Shown: positions 27,505 through 41,527, numbered from the stretch's first letter. The stretch: 64,000 nt of DNA from Felis catus (GCF_018350175.1 NC_058373.1:114454001-114518000), one strand, 5' to 3'. The notes: generated by a model not told the origin, from the sequence alone. Made by a program: numbers and translations.

Positions 27505-28405
27505 CAGATTGGAAAAGACATAAGAAATAGAACTAAACGCCATGTGCGGACCTTATCTGGATCCTGGTTAAAACAAACCAGCTCTAGGGGCGCCTGGGTG
27601 GCTCAGTCAGTTAAGCGTCCGACTTTGGCTTAGGTCATGATCTCACGGTCCGTGAGTTTGAGCCCTGCATCTGGCTCTGTGCTGACAGTGTGGAGCCTGC
27701 TTCGAATTCTCTCTCTCTCCCTCTCTCTCTGTCCCTTTTGCACTCTCTCTCTCTCAAAATAAATAAAATAAACTTGAAATTAAAAAAAGGAGTTGGACAC
27801 TTAACCAACTGAGCCACCCAGGTGCCCTACATAAATATGATTTTTAAGGGAATTCTAAAGTATCTTTTATTTAAAATGCTGCTTAAAAAAAGCAAAAAAC
27901 AAAAACTAAGGGGTGCCCGGGTGGCTCAGTACCTTAAGCATCTGACTTTAGCTCAGGTCATGATCTCACTGTTCAGGAGTTCGAGCCCCACGTCGGGCTC
28001 TGCGCAACAGCTCAGAGCCTGGAGCCTGCTTCAGATTCTGTGTCTCCCTCTCTCGCTGCCCTGCTTGTGCTGTGTCTCTCTCTCTCAAAAATTAAAAAAA
28101 TAAATAAAAAACAAAATAATAAAACTCTAAAAAGAAACAATTGGGGAAATTTGATTTTGAATTAGGCAGTCAATATATCAAGGATTTACAGTCGCCTTCC
28201 TAGGCATGACATTTGTTTTATGGTTACGTAAGAATATTTTTAAGGTATGTGGTGGTAAAATGCTGTGATGTCTGGGATTTATTTGATAATATTCCAATGA
28301 AGAAAACAAAAGGGAAAAAAAGTGACAAAATCTAATTGTTTTATCTATACGCTGGGTAAATGGAAGTTCCTACACTATCCCCCTGCTTTTGCATATATTT
28401 GAAAA
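27505..28405 (+). mobile_element. Ancient L1 (L1ME-like) 3' fragment, split by the 27587-28124 cassette
   Basis: aactaaa..catgtg.ggacctt..tggatcctg..aacaaacca [insert] aaaaga..caattggggaaatttga. Confidence 0.55.
27587..28124 (+). repeat. Composite cassette: SINE(+) 27587-27788, inverted SINE head 27789-27827, unique spacer, SINE(+) 27910-28124; inverted copy of 16811-17393
   Basis: The non-SINE spacer 27828-27888 matches the reverse complement of 17071-17131 at 55/61 nt; order and junctions are the same. Confidence 0.9.
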
Positions 28406-28409
28406 TGGC

Positions 28410-28743
28410 CCCAGACACACATTGTCACAAACTATCACCTCTCCCTCCCATTCTCCTAAGGGCCCATTCATCTTTCTAAAAAGTCACTTGTTTTTCTATA
28501 AATGCCAGTTGTCCCCTCCATTTCCCCTACAAGTTGGGTATGGATATAGACCCCCAACTCCTAACCACCCCATGAAGGACTCATCACCGAGAGCTCTCAT
28601 GTGTATACACACGATGCACTTGTTAAGAGACCTCTGTTTGCTTTTCTCCTGTTAATCTGTCTTTTGCCAGTCTAATGTGCAGGATCCCAGCTGGACAGCC
28701 TAGGAGGGTAAGGGGAAAGATTTTTTCCCTTGGCTCCAACAAC
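28410..28743 (+). mobile_element. ERV1-type LTR fragment (MER34/MER39-like)
   Basis: cttttctcctgttaatctgtcttttg.cagtctaat...cctaggagggta.ggggaaaga..ttttccc..aca. Confidence 0.55.
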
Positions 28744-28812
28744 AGAGGAACGCGGTGCCCCACCCTAGCACCCTCTACCTCAACTCCAAGACAGAGATGA
28801 GAACCATCTTTA

Positions 28813-29112
<300 letters not shown>

Positions 29113-29353
29113 CTAGAGGGAGACGAGGACGAAGGCATGTGAGAGGCCCAAGAAGTCACTGGTTACCCCCATGCAGGTGACCAAAGACTGGGGGGCAGAG
29201 GGGACTTCTGAAGTCCTCTCTCCCCCAAGCTGTGGTCCTCAAGGTCCAGCTCTGTGTGTACAAGGCTCGCTTCACCTCCAGGGCTTGTTGTGTGGGCGGT
29301 TAAAACGCCATCTTTCCCCGTCAAGCCTCAGTTTGTCAGCAACGGGATGGAGA

Positions 29354-29576
29354 GGGGCGCCTGGGTGGCTCAGTCGGTTGAGCGTCCGACTTCAGCTCAG
29401 GTCACGATCTCGCGGTTCGTGAGTTCGAGCCCTGCGTCAGGCTCTGGGCTGATGGCTCGGAGCCTGGAGCCTGCTTCCGATTCTGTGTCTCCCTCTCTCT
29501 CTGCCCCTCCCCCATTCATGCTCTGTCTCTCTCTGTCTCAAAAATAAACATTAAAAAAAAAAAATTAAAAAGAAGA
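29354..29576 (+). mobile_element. Young felid Can-SINE
   Basis: CpG-rich, near-consensus body; perfect 13-bp TSD aacgggatggaga at 29341 and 29577. Confidence 0.95.
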
Positions 29577-29869
29577 AACGGGATGGAGAATACTGGCCTA
29601 CAGCCCAAGAAAGAACTGCTAGGAACTACACGCTGCGAGCAGAGCGCTGGCCTGGGCATCGTCCTTCTTGGCTCCTGGCTTCAGTTCTGCCACCAGCCGG
29701 CGGGACTGGTACGTAACCCGACCTCAGCCTCCCCAGCTGTTTTTCAAGAGTCGGACTAGGCTCCCTCAAGCCCCTCCGGTGCTCACATTCCACAAAATCT
29801 GAGGGCACCTTCGCACAGCCACAACCTTTGACTATTCTGGCTTCTGCCGCCACATCCAGAAAACTCACT

Positions 29870-30560
29870 GGGGACTGGCGAGGACGTGGAGAAATCAGAA
29901 CCCGTGGGCACTGCTGGTGGGAATATATAATGGTGCGGCCCCTGTGGAGCATAGTATCCTCCACAAGCGAAGCACAGGGTTCCTGGTAACCCAGCAGGCC
30001 CACTTCTGGGCATATCTCCCGAAGAATTGAAAGCGGGGACTCAAGCAGATGTGCGTACCCCCGGATTCACAGCAGCATTATTCACAAGAGCTAAACGGTG
30101 GAAATAACACAAAAGCCCACTGGCACATGAAGAGATAAACCAACTGTGCGATCCATACAACGGACTCTTACTCCGCCTGAAAAAGGAAGGAAGGAAATTC
30201 TGACACACGGCACAAGCAGGGTGAACCTTGAACACGTCGCGCGAAGTGAAACGAGCCAGACACAAATATCGTACGATGGCCACTTACACGAGGCATCTAG
30301 AGTCAGATTCATAGAGTCAGAAGGTAGAGGCTGGGGGAGGGGGAGGGGAGAGTGATGGTTTGGCGGGTTCCGAGTTGGAGTTGTGCAAGATGGAGAGAGC
30401 CCTGGAGGCGGAGAGTGATGGCGGCACAGTCAGGTGAATGCACTGTCACCACCCCATACGCCTCGACGCAGTTAAAGCTTTTAGATTATACGTGTTCTGC
30501 GTTTTTACGTATGTTACATTTTATATTATATACATTCTACCACAGTTAAAATAAATTTTT
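29870..30560 (+). mobile_element. L1 (L1MB-like) 3' fragment
   Basis: gaggacgtggagaaatcagaaccc..ctgctggtgggaat..ccacttctgggcatat..gaattgaaagc..gaaccttgaa. Confidence 0.8.
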
Positions 30561-31384
30561 TTTTTTTTGACGTGGGAAAACACACAACCCAGTGATGGGA
30601 GCTCCTTGCTGACCCTCCCCGCTCCACGTCTCGGTGCCCCCTGGTTTTGTCAGCCCGGGACCCCGTTTCCCCATTTGCTACGGTGAGAATCACAAAGTTA
30701 CAAAGAAATCAATACATTCACTCTGGATACTTTCAGGAAGAAACTGCTTAAAATAGAGAAGGTGGAGTCCTTCTGGAAAAGCTTCTGACAGCTTCCAGAA
30801 CGATTTAAAAACCACTGCCAAGCAGTGAGAGTCACTTCCGTCCAGGGCCTCAAGCAGTCCTGCACACCCGCCTGCCCCACTCGATTCCCAGGGACCGCCA
30901 GGCCCCCGTGCCCACCTAAGGCCACAGCAGGAAGAGCTTCCCAGTCAAGAGCCCACGGCTCTCCCCTGTGTCCCAATGCCAGCTGGCTCTGGCAACCTGT
31001 GCTTTCTGGAAAGCATGCACACTTCAGTGGGCGCAGGTCTGTGCTAGGATTTGGGCTGGATTTTACTGATGCTGCTGAATTAAGGAGAGGGGAGACACAG
31101 TGAAACAGGGAGAAAAGAAAAGACACACGGGGGTGGGTGGCTGGTTAGGTATCAGACCAAGGCCCCTAGACCCTCACCTCCGGAATGGCTGAGGCTCCTG
31201 GAGTCTGTGGAATGGGGGAAGGGACTATAGTCACAGCCAGCAGGACCCCACTTTGTATGGGGTGGCCAACAGCTCTGGATTAAGTGGCTGTCACCCCACA
31301 CACCGCCATAGGGATACATGCACGCTTGTCACCAAAGCACATCAGGCAAACAGTAAGGAGGTATGTGATGATGCCTCTTAAAAA

Positions 31385-31569
31385 TATTTTTTTTAACGTT
31401 CATTCACTGAGAGACAGAGATAGAGCACGAGTGGGGGTGGGGCAGAGAGAGAGAGAGAGAGAGAGAGAGGCAGGCACAGAGCCCAATGTGGAGCTCGAGC
31501 TCACCAACTGTGAGATGATGTCCTGAGCCAAAGTTGGACGCTTAACCGACTGAACCACCCAGGCGCCCC
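31385..31569 (-). mobile_element. Can-SINE
   Basis: T tail, (GA)n tract, reverse-complement head. Confidence 0.88.
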
Positions 31570-32395
31570 AGTACGTGAGCGTGCCACTTAAAGCAAAAAA
31601 TCACTGCTTCTAGGGTTTCTCGCCTCAGCTCTATTTGATGTGGCCACACAGCGTTCAGGTAAGTTAGGGGGTTCTCAACCTGATTTTCTTCCTTGCAAGG
31701 CAGCTGACTTAGAGCGCAGGGACCCTCCTACCCATTAAGAGGGTAGCTGTCCAAAGCCACGTGCAGGAGCGGGAAGGCTTTCTCTCCTTCAGCGGGTGGG
31801 CCAAGACCCCAGCCTCAGGCTTGGGCCCGACTTAGAGAAACTGGAGGGGGTGGGAGTCTGCTCCTTTTCTCCCCGACACCCTGGAAACGGAGGGCTTGAC
31901 ACCATCATGGAGTTCCCAGAGCAGCTCCCGTACCGGCAACATCCAGCCTTGCTTCTGGGGGCACAGGCCAGATGGGGGTCTTCACGGGACACTGTGCTCT
32001 CCAAGTGTCAAGGTCAAGTGGAGAAATACAAGAAGAGCCATTCCTAGCAGCTGCCTTGTCAAGAGATTCACACACATGGACAGGTGACATTCCAACCCAA
32101 GGTCTAGATCATCAACTGGGGGTGTGGGGAGGGCTCTAGGGGTGGCCTCTTGGTGTTGGGATGGGCTGAGAGGGAAGCTGGTGAGTGAGGTCAGAGTGGT
32201 CCCAGACAGGCCTCTCCAAGGTCTTGGCCAGCCCAGACACCAGAACCACCTCGAGGTTAGAAACACAGCTCCCACGCCCTGGTCTGCTCCACAACACATA
32301 CGTGTGCTCAGGAAAATCCACCAGCTTCATGTCAAGACCCTAAGTGTGATTTCACTTCTTGATTTAGAAGCAGCTAAAGAAAATCCCCCACCCAT

Positions 32396-32615
32396 GGGGC
32401 ACCTGGCTGTCTCAGTTGGTTGCGCGTCCAACTCTTGGTTTCGGCTCAGGTCATGATCTCATGGTTCGTGGGTTCAAGTCCCGAGTCAGGCTCTGCACTG
32501 TCAGTGCAGAGGAATTCTCTCTCTCTCTCTCTTTCTCTGCCCTCCCTTCCCCTGCTCGTGCTCTCTCTCTTTCTCTCAAAATAAATAGAGTTTAAAAAAA
32601 AAGAAAAAAAGAAAA
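32396..32615 (+). mobile_element. Can-SINE
   Basis: Head, (CT)n tract and A tail. Confidence 0.88.
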
Positions 32616-33061
32616 TCGCTCAGCCAAACGTCAACAGTGACAGGGACCTGTGGGGACCGTCCAACAGCAACTCTTGGACATGGACGGAGGTAAATGCCTC
32701 TAAGAATATGCAAACAGCTTAAATTTAAAATATTATATCCACTTTACAAAACCCAGAAAATAGAAGGGGGAGATGCCTATTAGTGTTCCAATACCCCAAC
32801 AAAAGGCTGCAGGGGTTTGGACATTCTGTGAGCTGTTCAGGTCAGCAAGTACATGCGTGCTGTGCACAGAGGGTACCCCAGCGGCCCTCACAGTGAAGGT
32901 GTTTTTCTCTTTCTCTTGTAGGCTATCTCCTGGACTAGTCTAAGGAGACCAACCCCCCCACCCTTACCATGGCCATGGACCCTCAGAATAAGGGCCCAGT
33001 CCTGCACTTCACCCCCACCCCGTCAGGGACCCAGCAAGAGGGCTCTGGCAGTGAGAAGTCA

Positions 33062-33208
<147 letters not shown>

Positions 33209-33671
33209 CTAAGGGTAAAGCTCTAAGCAAGGATGGCGGGGGGGGTCCCCTTCTTTGTACCAGAGGTGAACCCACGGTGCTTTGGAGCAGGAGTGAGAAG
33301 ACAGGATGGGAAGGCACACTCCTTCTGGCCACAATCCCAGGCTCTGGGGTCAAGATTCTATGGGGCGCGGGACGTTCGCACACCTGTCATATCCAACTAT
33401 CCTCTCCGCCAAGGTCTTTGTCCCTCCTGCTCTGTTCCAGTGCCCTAGGCTGGAACCTACAGGACACGCTCCTTGGGGAGCTCTCCAGCAGCTGGGGCGT
33501 CGACCGAAAGTGCATAGAAGTAGCCACATCAAAGGGTTTGCGGCACACCCTGAGATAGCAGCTTCTTCCCCAAGGACCCCTGCTCTGTTCTGGAGCTGAG
33601 GCTAACCCAGCCAAAGGGGCCTGGGGGAGCAGCTGATGCTCTGCAAGAGCCCCTCCGCCCCTGGCCACTCA

Positions 33672-33872
<201 letters not shown>

Positions 33873-34626
33873 CTAGATGGCAACCCTGCTGCTTCCAGGC
33901 CATCAAGTCTATTTCCTTGACAAAGTCTGAGTAGCTATTTGAGAAACAAAGAAGCAAACTAGGCAGCTTTTCAGGGCTGGCCACGTTACACATTTAAACA
34001 CTGAGACAATGACCTTTCAAACTTTCAGGTCTCCCCCATCACTCCCTGTTATTCAAAGACATGGGAGCATTACAAAATAAATCAGCAAGCTGTATCAGGT
34101 CTATGTTTGATTGGTCTATGAAATCTGAAGTCCCAGAATCTCCAGACAGGGGTACATAGTACATAGGCCATGCAGAGTGCACACAGCTATACGGGGCAAA
34201 AGCATTAGGGTCATCTAAAACATAAAGTTGCCTTGTATTTAGTGCACCGCTGCTGCACGTGTGAAGCAGACAGGTGCCTCTAAGATAAAGCAGGCAGGTA
34301 TCTGAGGGGACCCCAGGAGCTCCCAACACAGAAGGGCTGCAAACGACACTGCCCCCACGTGTTCACATCTGTGAATTGCAGATACGGCGCCCAGCAAAGA
34401 GGGTTCATGGATGATCTCCTTTCCTTTCAATTCACAAAATGGACTTTAAAATGACATTAAATGACTCCTGCAAAGATAATATTTCAAGCACAAGCAAACA
34501 ATTAAAAAATCAGCAAAGCTAATGCTTCTACTCAGCTCCAGCTTTTCATCAGCTATATTACGAGATTAAAACAACGACAATTTAACCAGAGCCGACAAGG
34601 TCAGCCCCAAAGAATTAAACTAATCA

Positions 34627-34836
34627 GGGCGCCTGGATGGCTCAGTCAGTAAAGCATCTCACTTCCGCTCAGGTCATGCATGGTCTCGTGGTTTATGAGT
34701 TTGAGCCCCGCGTCAGGGTCTTTGTTGACAGCTCAGAGCCTAGAGCCTGCTTCAGATGCTGTGTCTTCCTCTCTCTCTGCCCCTCCCCTACTCATGCTAT
34801 GTCTCTATCTCAAAAATAAATAAATACTTAAAAAAA
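34627..34836 (+). mobile_element. Can-SINE
   Basis: Head, (CT)n tract and A tail. Confidence 0.9.
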
Positions 34837-35099
34837 TCAAACTTATCAAGAAGGCAACTTGAAAATGGATTTATATCCATCATTACTAAAAAGAACCATG
34901 TTCAAAGTGACTATTGTGGACACATTTTTAACCACTTCAGCCCTAAATACCAAGTATCTATAAATAAAACTTAGACCTTCACATGGCTGTATCATCATGT
35001 GTCAAACCAAGATTTCTATAAGCAAACAATTTAATCTGCATTATTCTCATTAAAAAAATTACTTTGAATAAAAGTCTTTATAAGATTCCTGGGCCATAG

Positions 35100-35304
35100 A
35101 GGCACCTGGGTGGCTCAGTTGGTTAAGCATCCAACTTGTGGTCTTGGCTCAGGTCATGATCTCACAGTTCGTGGGTTTGAGCCCCACAATGGGCTCTGTG
35201 CTGTGAGTGTGGAGCCTTCTTGGGATTCTCTCTCTCTCTCCCTCCCTCTCTACTCTTCCCCTGCTTGTGATCTCTCTCTCAAAAATAAAGATTAAAAAAA
35301 AAAA
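35100..35304 (+). mobile_element. Can-SINE
   Basis: Head, (CT)n tract, A tail; TSD core aagattcctgg. Confidence 0.9.
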
Positions 35305-35340
35305 AGATTCCTGGCTGATAAAATGAATTTAAATTATAAA

Positions 35341-35447
35341 TTTTAAAGTGTATTTTTTTAGTGATCTCTACACCCAATGTGGGGCTCAAACTCACAACCC
35401 CAGGATAAGAGTCACATGTTCCAATGACTGAGCCAGCCAGGCGCCCC
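35341..35447 (-). mobile_element. Short-type Can-SINE
   Basis: Same type as 13178-13305. Confidence 0.85.
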
Positions 35448-36056
35448 ATGAATAAAAAATATTTAAAAAATATTATCTCCGTGTCATCTTTTTGAAATTT
35501 GTTTTGGTATAGGTTTCATAATATGAATTCCAATACACAAATATAACTTATTACAAAATGAATACACGCATATCAGATATAAAGCTCAGAAACTGCTGGA
35601 GTGTGGAACCAAAAGTTCAGAGATCCCAGCTCCTAACTATGGTGGCCTCTTAAAGATCTGCGAAGTGGCCACCAGAGGGTGCTGTGGGAGCAAAGTGGAG
35701 GACCTGGGGTCAACTCAGAATCCCAAGACACTCCCTCCACGCTGCTATCTCCCTCCCTTTTTGGATTTAACAGCCCACAAACCAGGTGGGGTTTCCAGTT
35801 CCCCAGAGCAACCTCAGGCAGGCTTAGCGTCAGGGGGATTCCCCAGGGACCAACATACCAGTGGAAACCAGAACCCCAATCAGTTCTTATTTCTCTACAG
35901 ACTAGGAGGGAGGGCAGATAACAGCAAAGGGTCAGAAGCCCAAGATGTGGCCCATGATTAAGCCCCCATTGCCAGGGGTCAGGGAGTTCTCCAGGCTGAG
36001 TCCAGGAAAGAAGATGTGATGGCAAGGGCAGGGGAGTGGAGGGGGCTCAGGGACTA

Positions 36057-36287
<231 letters not shown>

Positions 36288-37335
36288 CTAGGGAAAAGTG
36301 GGTATGGGTTTTTAAAGTACAACGAGTTACCACAGGTGACAGGAGAGAAATCTATTTGGAGGTGACCCTGAGCACAAGGCAGGTGTGATCAATTCCAATG
36401 GGGTACATTTGGGAAGGCAAGAAGGGGGTGTCTTCACCAGCCTGACAGAGAAAAAGGAGATGTTTCTAAATCATTGCAAATGTTCTGGCAATTCTGTGAG
36501 TCAGGGAAGTCGGGGCGATCACAGCTCTCAAAATAGCCACCTACACCCAAAAAGCCAGTGTCCACATCAGAAGGTAATCAACCCAGCAAACATAGATCCC
36601 TAACCCTCACCTGCTTCCAGACCAGGAGACAGTAACCCGGCCCCATGGCAAGGTACTCTCAGCTAAGAGTTTGGCATCCAAAGAATATCTATTTTTTTTT
36701 TTTCCAACCTGAAAAGCTAACTGTAGGACAAACCTACCAGAACCATGAGAAGGAGTAAGTTCCAGGAACTCCCGATATCCTGAGCCCGTGTCCACTAGGG
36801 TCTGCTTCCCACAAACCCCTTAAACAAGAGTAGATTCCATTAAGGAGATGACATTCTAAGATTCTAACATCTTACCCCCTCCAAAGTGAGGGCAAAACTG
36901 CATGTTGCCACATGACCAAGAAGGTACAGAGCAGTGTTGCTGCTTCCTGGCGGGGGGCGGGAGGTGGGGGGTAACTCTGTGGAGCCTGCATGGGGGGTGG
37001 GGTCTAGAAGGAACAGTGTCCACGTTGGACAGGGGACAGGATGTAACCCTTCCTGCTAACGACGGCTTTAAATGCCCTTCCCAGAGCCCCAGATACCCGC
37101 GGGACACAGACCCGAGTCGGAGGACCTGGGTTAGAAACAGACAACTGAGCAGCATACGACCATCTTCTTTAACAGGTAAGAGAGCCAGCCAGCTCTTTGC
37201 AGAGCATGCTGGGGGGAAGTAGAGGCAGTTAATCAGTCAGGAGTCAGTTCATAAAGATTTGGTTTTTTAAAAATGCCTTTTCACTAGTGACTTCCGATGG
37301 TTTCGTATCTGTAACGTTTAAAGAGTTTATACAGG

Positions 37336-37560
37336 GAGAGCACCTGGGTGGCTCAGTCGGTTGAACGTCCAACTTTGGGTCAGGTCATGATCTCCCGGTT
37401 TGTGAGTTCGAGCCCCATATTGGGCTCTGTGCCGACAGCACGGAGCCCACTTTGGAGCCTCTGTCTCCCTCTCTCTCTGCCCATCCCCTGCTTGCGCTAT
37501 CTCAAAAATAAATAAAACATTACAAATAAATTTAAAATTTTTTTAATTAAAAAAATAAAA
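37336..37560 (+). mobile_element. Can-SINE
   Basis: Head, (CT)n tract, A tail; TSD core agtttata. Confidence 0.9.
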
Positions 37561-38029
37561 GTTTATATAAATTGATACGGAAAAAATCTAAATTCACAAT
37601 AGGCAAAAAACATGAATAAATACTTCACAAAATATGAAATATAACCAATTTATAACCATGTTCCTTCTCCCTGTGATTAAAGAGATAACATTTTCCCAGC
37701 TACTAAATTAGCAAAGTTAAAAAACAAGGAACACACACCATGATGGTAACAAGGCTACCACACTGCGGCTAGAAGTATAAACTGGTTGAAAAAAACACTT
37801 TCTGGGAAATAATTTGGCAACAGGATCAAGCACCTTGAAGTTGTTCGACTTTTTCACGGTGAAATCCACCTTTAGGAATCTGTCCCTAGCCAATGATCTG
37901 AAATGCAGAGTAAGGTTACTGCATAAAGGAGTTTGTCGTAGGGTCATTTATCATGGCCCCAAGTTGGAAACTTCAAGAATATACCAAGTTCGAGGTGTGA
38001 CTGAGTAAATCCCCAGCCCCTGGCACCCC

Positions 38030-38392
38030 CATGCTCAGAACCTCCATAGCTTCCCACCTTACTCGGAGTCAAAGCCAGTGACCAGTGAGGCCCTCACGGT
38101 CCCCCCATCTCCTCCAGTCACATGGCCCCCATGTGACTTGTCCCTCACCTCCCTCCCATCTCCACTGCATCTTCTCCTAGAAACCTCCCACCTTACTCCC
38201 TGGTTTTTCCCCTTCTGACGCATGTATATGTGTATTTTCTCTGTTCCCCTTCCAGAACATAAGCTCCAAGGGGGGGAACAATTTTTCTGTTTTGCATCGC
38301 TGCTTAGAGCCCAGCATGGTGCCTGGCACAGAGAAAGCCCTCCATCAACATTTGCTGAATGAATGAATGAGTGAATGAATGAATGAATGAAT
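38030..38392 (+). mobile_element. L2 3' end with (TGAA)n tail
   Basis: gtgcctggcacaga..ctccatcaacatttgctgaatgaatgaatga... Confidence 0.75.
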
Positions 38393-40236
38393 ACTGGAGG
38401 TCACTACACACGTGTGGGTGAATGGGTGGCGGTCACCCAGGCCTGGGGCTGGGAGAACATAACCGGACTCAAGCTCCTCCGGGGCAGGACCCAGGTCTGG
38501 GACAGAGCACAGGTGGGCTCAACAATTAACACAGCCACTAAATATTACATTCATGACTTTTTAATGACTTGGAGAAATCTTTGTAATATGGAAAGTGGAA
38601 AAAGCAAGTATGAAATTTCAGGGACGGTGTTTCAAATACAGGGGGCATTTTTTTAAAGCCTAGAAGAGGCTCCGGTGGTAACAGGGCCACGTGACCTTCC
38701 CATCGGAGGAGAGGCCGCTACATGGGTTCCCGCCTCTGCCCCAACCGTGAAGGCCAAACACCCGTGCCTCCTGCTGGCCCGGAGCTCAGCACCCTCCCAG
38801 CACTAAGGGAGACAAGCTCAGGGAGACAGAGTGCCTTCTTTCTTGGGTTTTGCCTGCTTACTCCTCTCTCCCTCCTTCCTCTAGAAACCCCCAGGGAGTT
38901 TTGCTCCCTGAATTCTCATACCAGATCTTTCGGGAAAGAGGAGAGCCAAGTACAGGCAAAAAGGGGGGGGGGTGTTAACACCCCATGCACCACCCCAGCC
39001 TCAGGGCCCACTGGCTCCCTGTCCCACCCCCAGAGAACAGCCCTCCCCAGAGGAGCCCCAGAACAAACCCTTTTCCCAGGCATCTGTATGTTTGGAGCAG
39101 GGACACCCCATCTCACCAGCAGGGGGCTACCACGCATGCTGGGTCCAAAAGGAGGGTCCCAAGGCCACCACTGGGCCCTGTGGACAAAACCACAATGACA
39201 GACTACAATGTGTGCCACGAGTGTGGGAAGAAGCGGCATGTTTCTGAATTTCTGGTCTACGGCCAGCCAAGGAGCTGCTCGCATCCTGCATTTACCCCCG
39301 GCCCCCACTCCAGGGATGCGGTTGCCTGCACACGATTCAGAGGGCAGAATGAAGACGTTCCACCTGGCAGAAACTAGACCTGGATGTCACCACCTCCCAG
39401 ACCGATGCTTTAGTTACTGCACCCACTACCCCCTCCACCCCGAGGACACGTGAGAAATCATCAAGAGCACCGCCAGGCTCTTGGCCCCCAAAGCCATCAA
39501 GCTTTCCCTGCCCAAAGATCTTAACATAAATCCTTCCGGGTCCTCTCACCTGCTTAAATCCCAACCACTCACCTAGGACAAGCCTCAACTCTATGAAGTC
39601 TGGGCACTAAACCAAGTCTGGTAAAGGAAACCGTGAGGACCTATCCTAATCCCTCCGGGATGTACGCAAGTTCCCTGCCTTCGGCCTCCATCTGAACACC
39701 TTCAGGGACAGGGGCCATATGCCCCCCTGCCGGAGAGCACCCATTCCATTCCCGTGGGTTCTGCCCATCATGCAGAATCAGCCTGCCCAGGGGGGCTCCT
39801 GGGCCTGGTTCTGCCCTTCAGGGCCTGGCCGGAGTCTAGTCCTTGCACCACATGATAGTTCTTTAAAGGTCTTGCCCACGCCAGGCCTGCTCCCCTCGGC
39901 CCAGAATGGCTCCTCAGGGCAACCAGCAACACCTCCCCCACCCCAGCCCAGCCCAGCCCCCAGGAGAGCTCATCCCGGGTGATCCGCTCCACCGCGTTTT
40001 GTTATATAGTCTACAGCGGTAAACTTCATTTCATTAAAATAAACAAAGCCCACATGTGGCCTCGTCCAGTGTCCTGGCACAGCAGGGCAGCCATCACAGC
40101 ATGATCTCAGTGCTCACCGTGAAACGGGAGAGAGGATTTCAAAGCGGAAGGCTCAGCCTGAAGCCCTGACTCCTGCAGGCAGAGAGAAGGTAAGGATGAT
40201 CTCATTTTAAAGGACCCTTTAAAAATCTTTAGAGGA

Positions 40237-40438
40237 GGGGCGCCTGGGTGGCTCAGTCAGTTAAGTGTCCAACTTCCAGCCTGGGTCATGATCTCATGGT
40301 TCACAGGTTCGAGCCCAGCATCTTGTTCCAGATGGCTGATGGCATGGAGCCTACTTGAAATTCTCTCTCTCCCTCTCTCTGCCCTTCCCCTGCTCGGGTG
40401 TGCTCTCTCTCAAATAAATAAATTTTAAAAAATAATAA
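40237..40438 (+). mobile_element. Can-SINE
   Basis: Perfect TSD taaaaatctttagagga. Confidence 0.92.
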
Positions 40439-41527
40439 TAAAAATCTTTAGAGGAGTGAGCCCATGTGAAAAAAATTGGAAACTGTGGCCAGCTTGGTTA
40501 ACAGACTTCTGGGACCCAGAGGTGCTGGGTGGAGTTTGAGCCAGTGTCTGTCTTTGCTCTTCACCCCCTGCTGGGGGGAGCACAGCCAACCTGGCCCGCC
40601 ACTTGGTCGCTGATGGGACAGTCCTATCCTTGGCCCCCGCATGGGACTCCAACGGTGTCCGGAGTGACAGGAAGAAGTTCAGACCTCAGCTCTGGAGCCC
40701 AAACCCCTGGGTTCAAAACCCTAGCAACGTTTGTAAGCTTCTGTTGCCTTGACTGTAAAATGTGGCCAGTGATACCCACCCTACAGGCCTGCCCTCAGGT
40801 CAAAGGGGGTATCCCATGCAAAGCATCCTGTCCAACCAGGAAAAGAGTCAGAACCAAGTGCTGTTCCCTCCCATCTGCCCATTCCCTCCTCCCCTTTGGA
40901 CTTCAGAGTTTAAAAAAAAAACAAAACATTTTTTTGTTGTTGTTAGATAGCTATTAAATTTTTCTTTCTAAAAATCTGGATTTCTGGCTTCTTTTAAAAC
41001 ACTGAAAGATGTGGCGATGCTGGAACCCACATTCCCAGAGAGCAACAAACGATTAGAGATGCATGGCAGGTGCCCCGCTTAGAAGGACATGCTCTCCCAG
41101 TTCTCCACAATCCCCACCCATCCCTACGGTCATCCCTGACCCACCTTCTCCATCCTTCACTTCCCGGCCCCAGGGGACATGTGTGCTTGCTCCAGACCAG
41201 CTGAGTGCCATTTTCTTTGGTTTCCCAGCCCTGCTCGGTTGAAACTTTTTCTGCCACGTCTTTGTTCCTCCCTAACAGACCAACCTACTCTTTTCTTTTC
41301 TTCTTGTTAAAAAGCAGAGAATACGTCCCCACTCAGAAAACCAAGTACCCTGCCGTGTGCAAGTCCTTCAAACATTTACTGAGTACCTACTATGTGCATC
41401 ACACTGTGAGGAGCCGGCGCCACACGGATGTGGAAGATGCAGTCTTTGCTCCACAGCTGAAGGTGTGCCGGGCCACACGAGGCCCTACCCATGACCGCTC
41501 AAGCATTAGCTTGAGTCCCCAGTAAGG

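Noticed and set aside
29354..29440. tRNA-like A/B boxes (tggctcagtcgg, gttcgagcc)
   Set aside because: These are the tRNA-derived heads of SINEs, followed by (CT)n and an A tail; they are not tRNA genes.
34440..35600. AT-rich stretch that may be a decayed hAT/Charlie transposon
   Set aside because: I could not assign a family or ends by eye; it needs a Dfam search.
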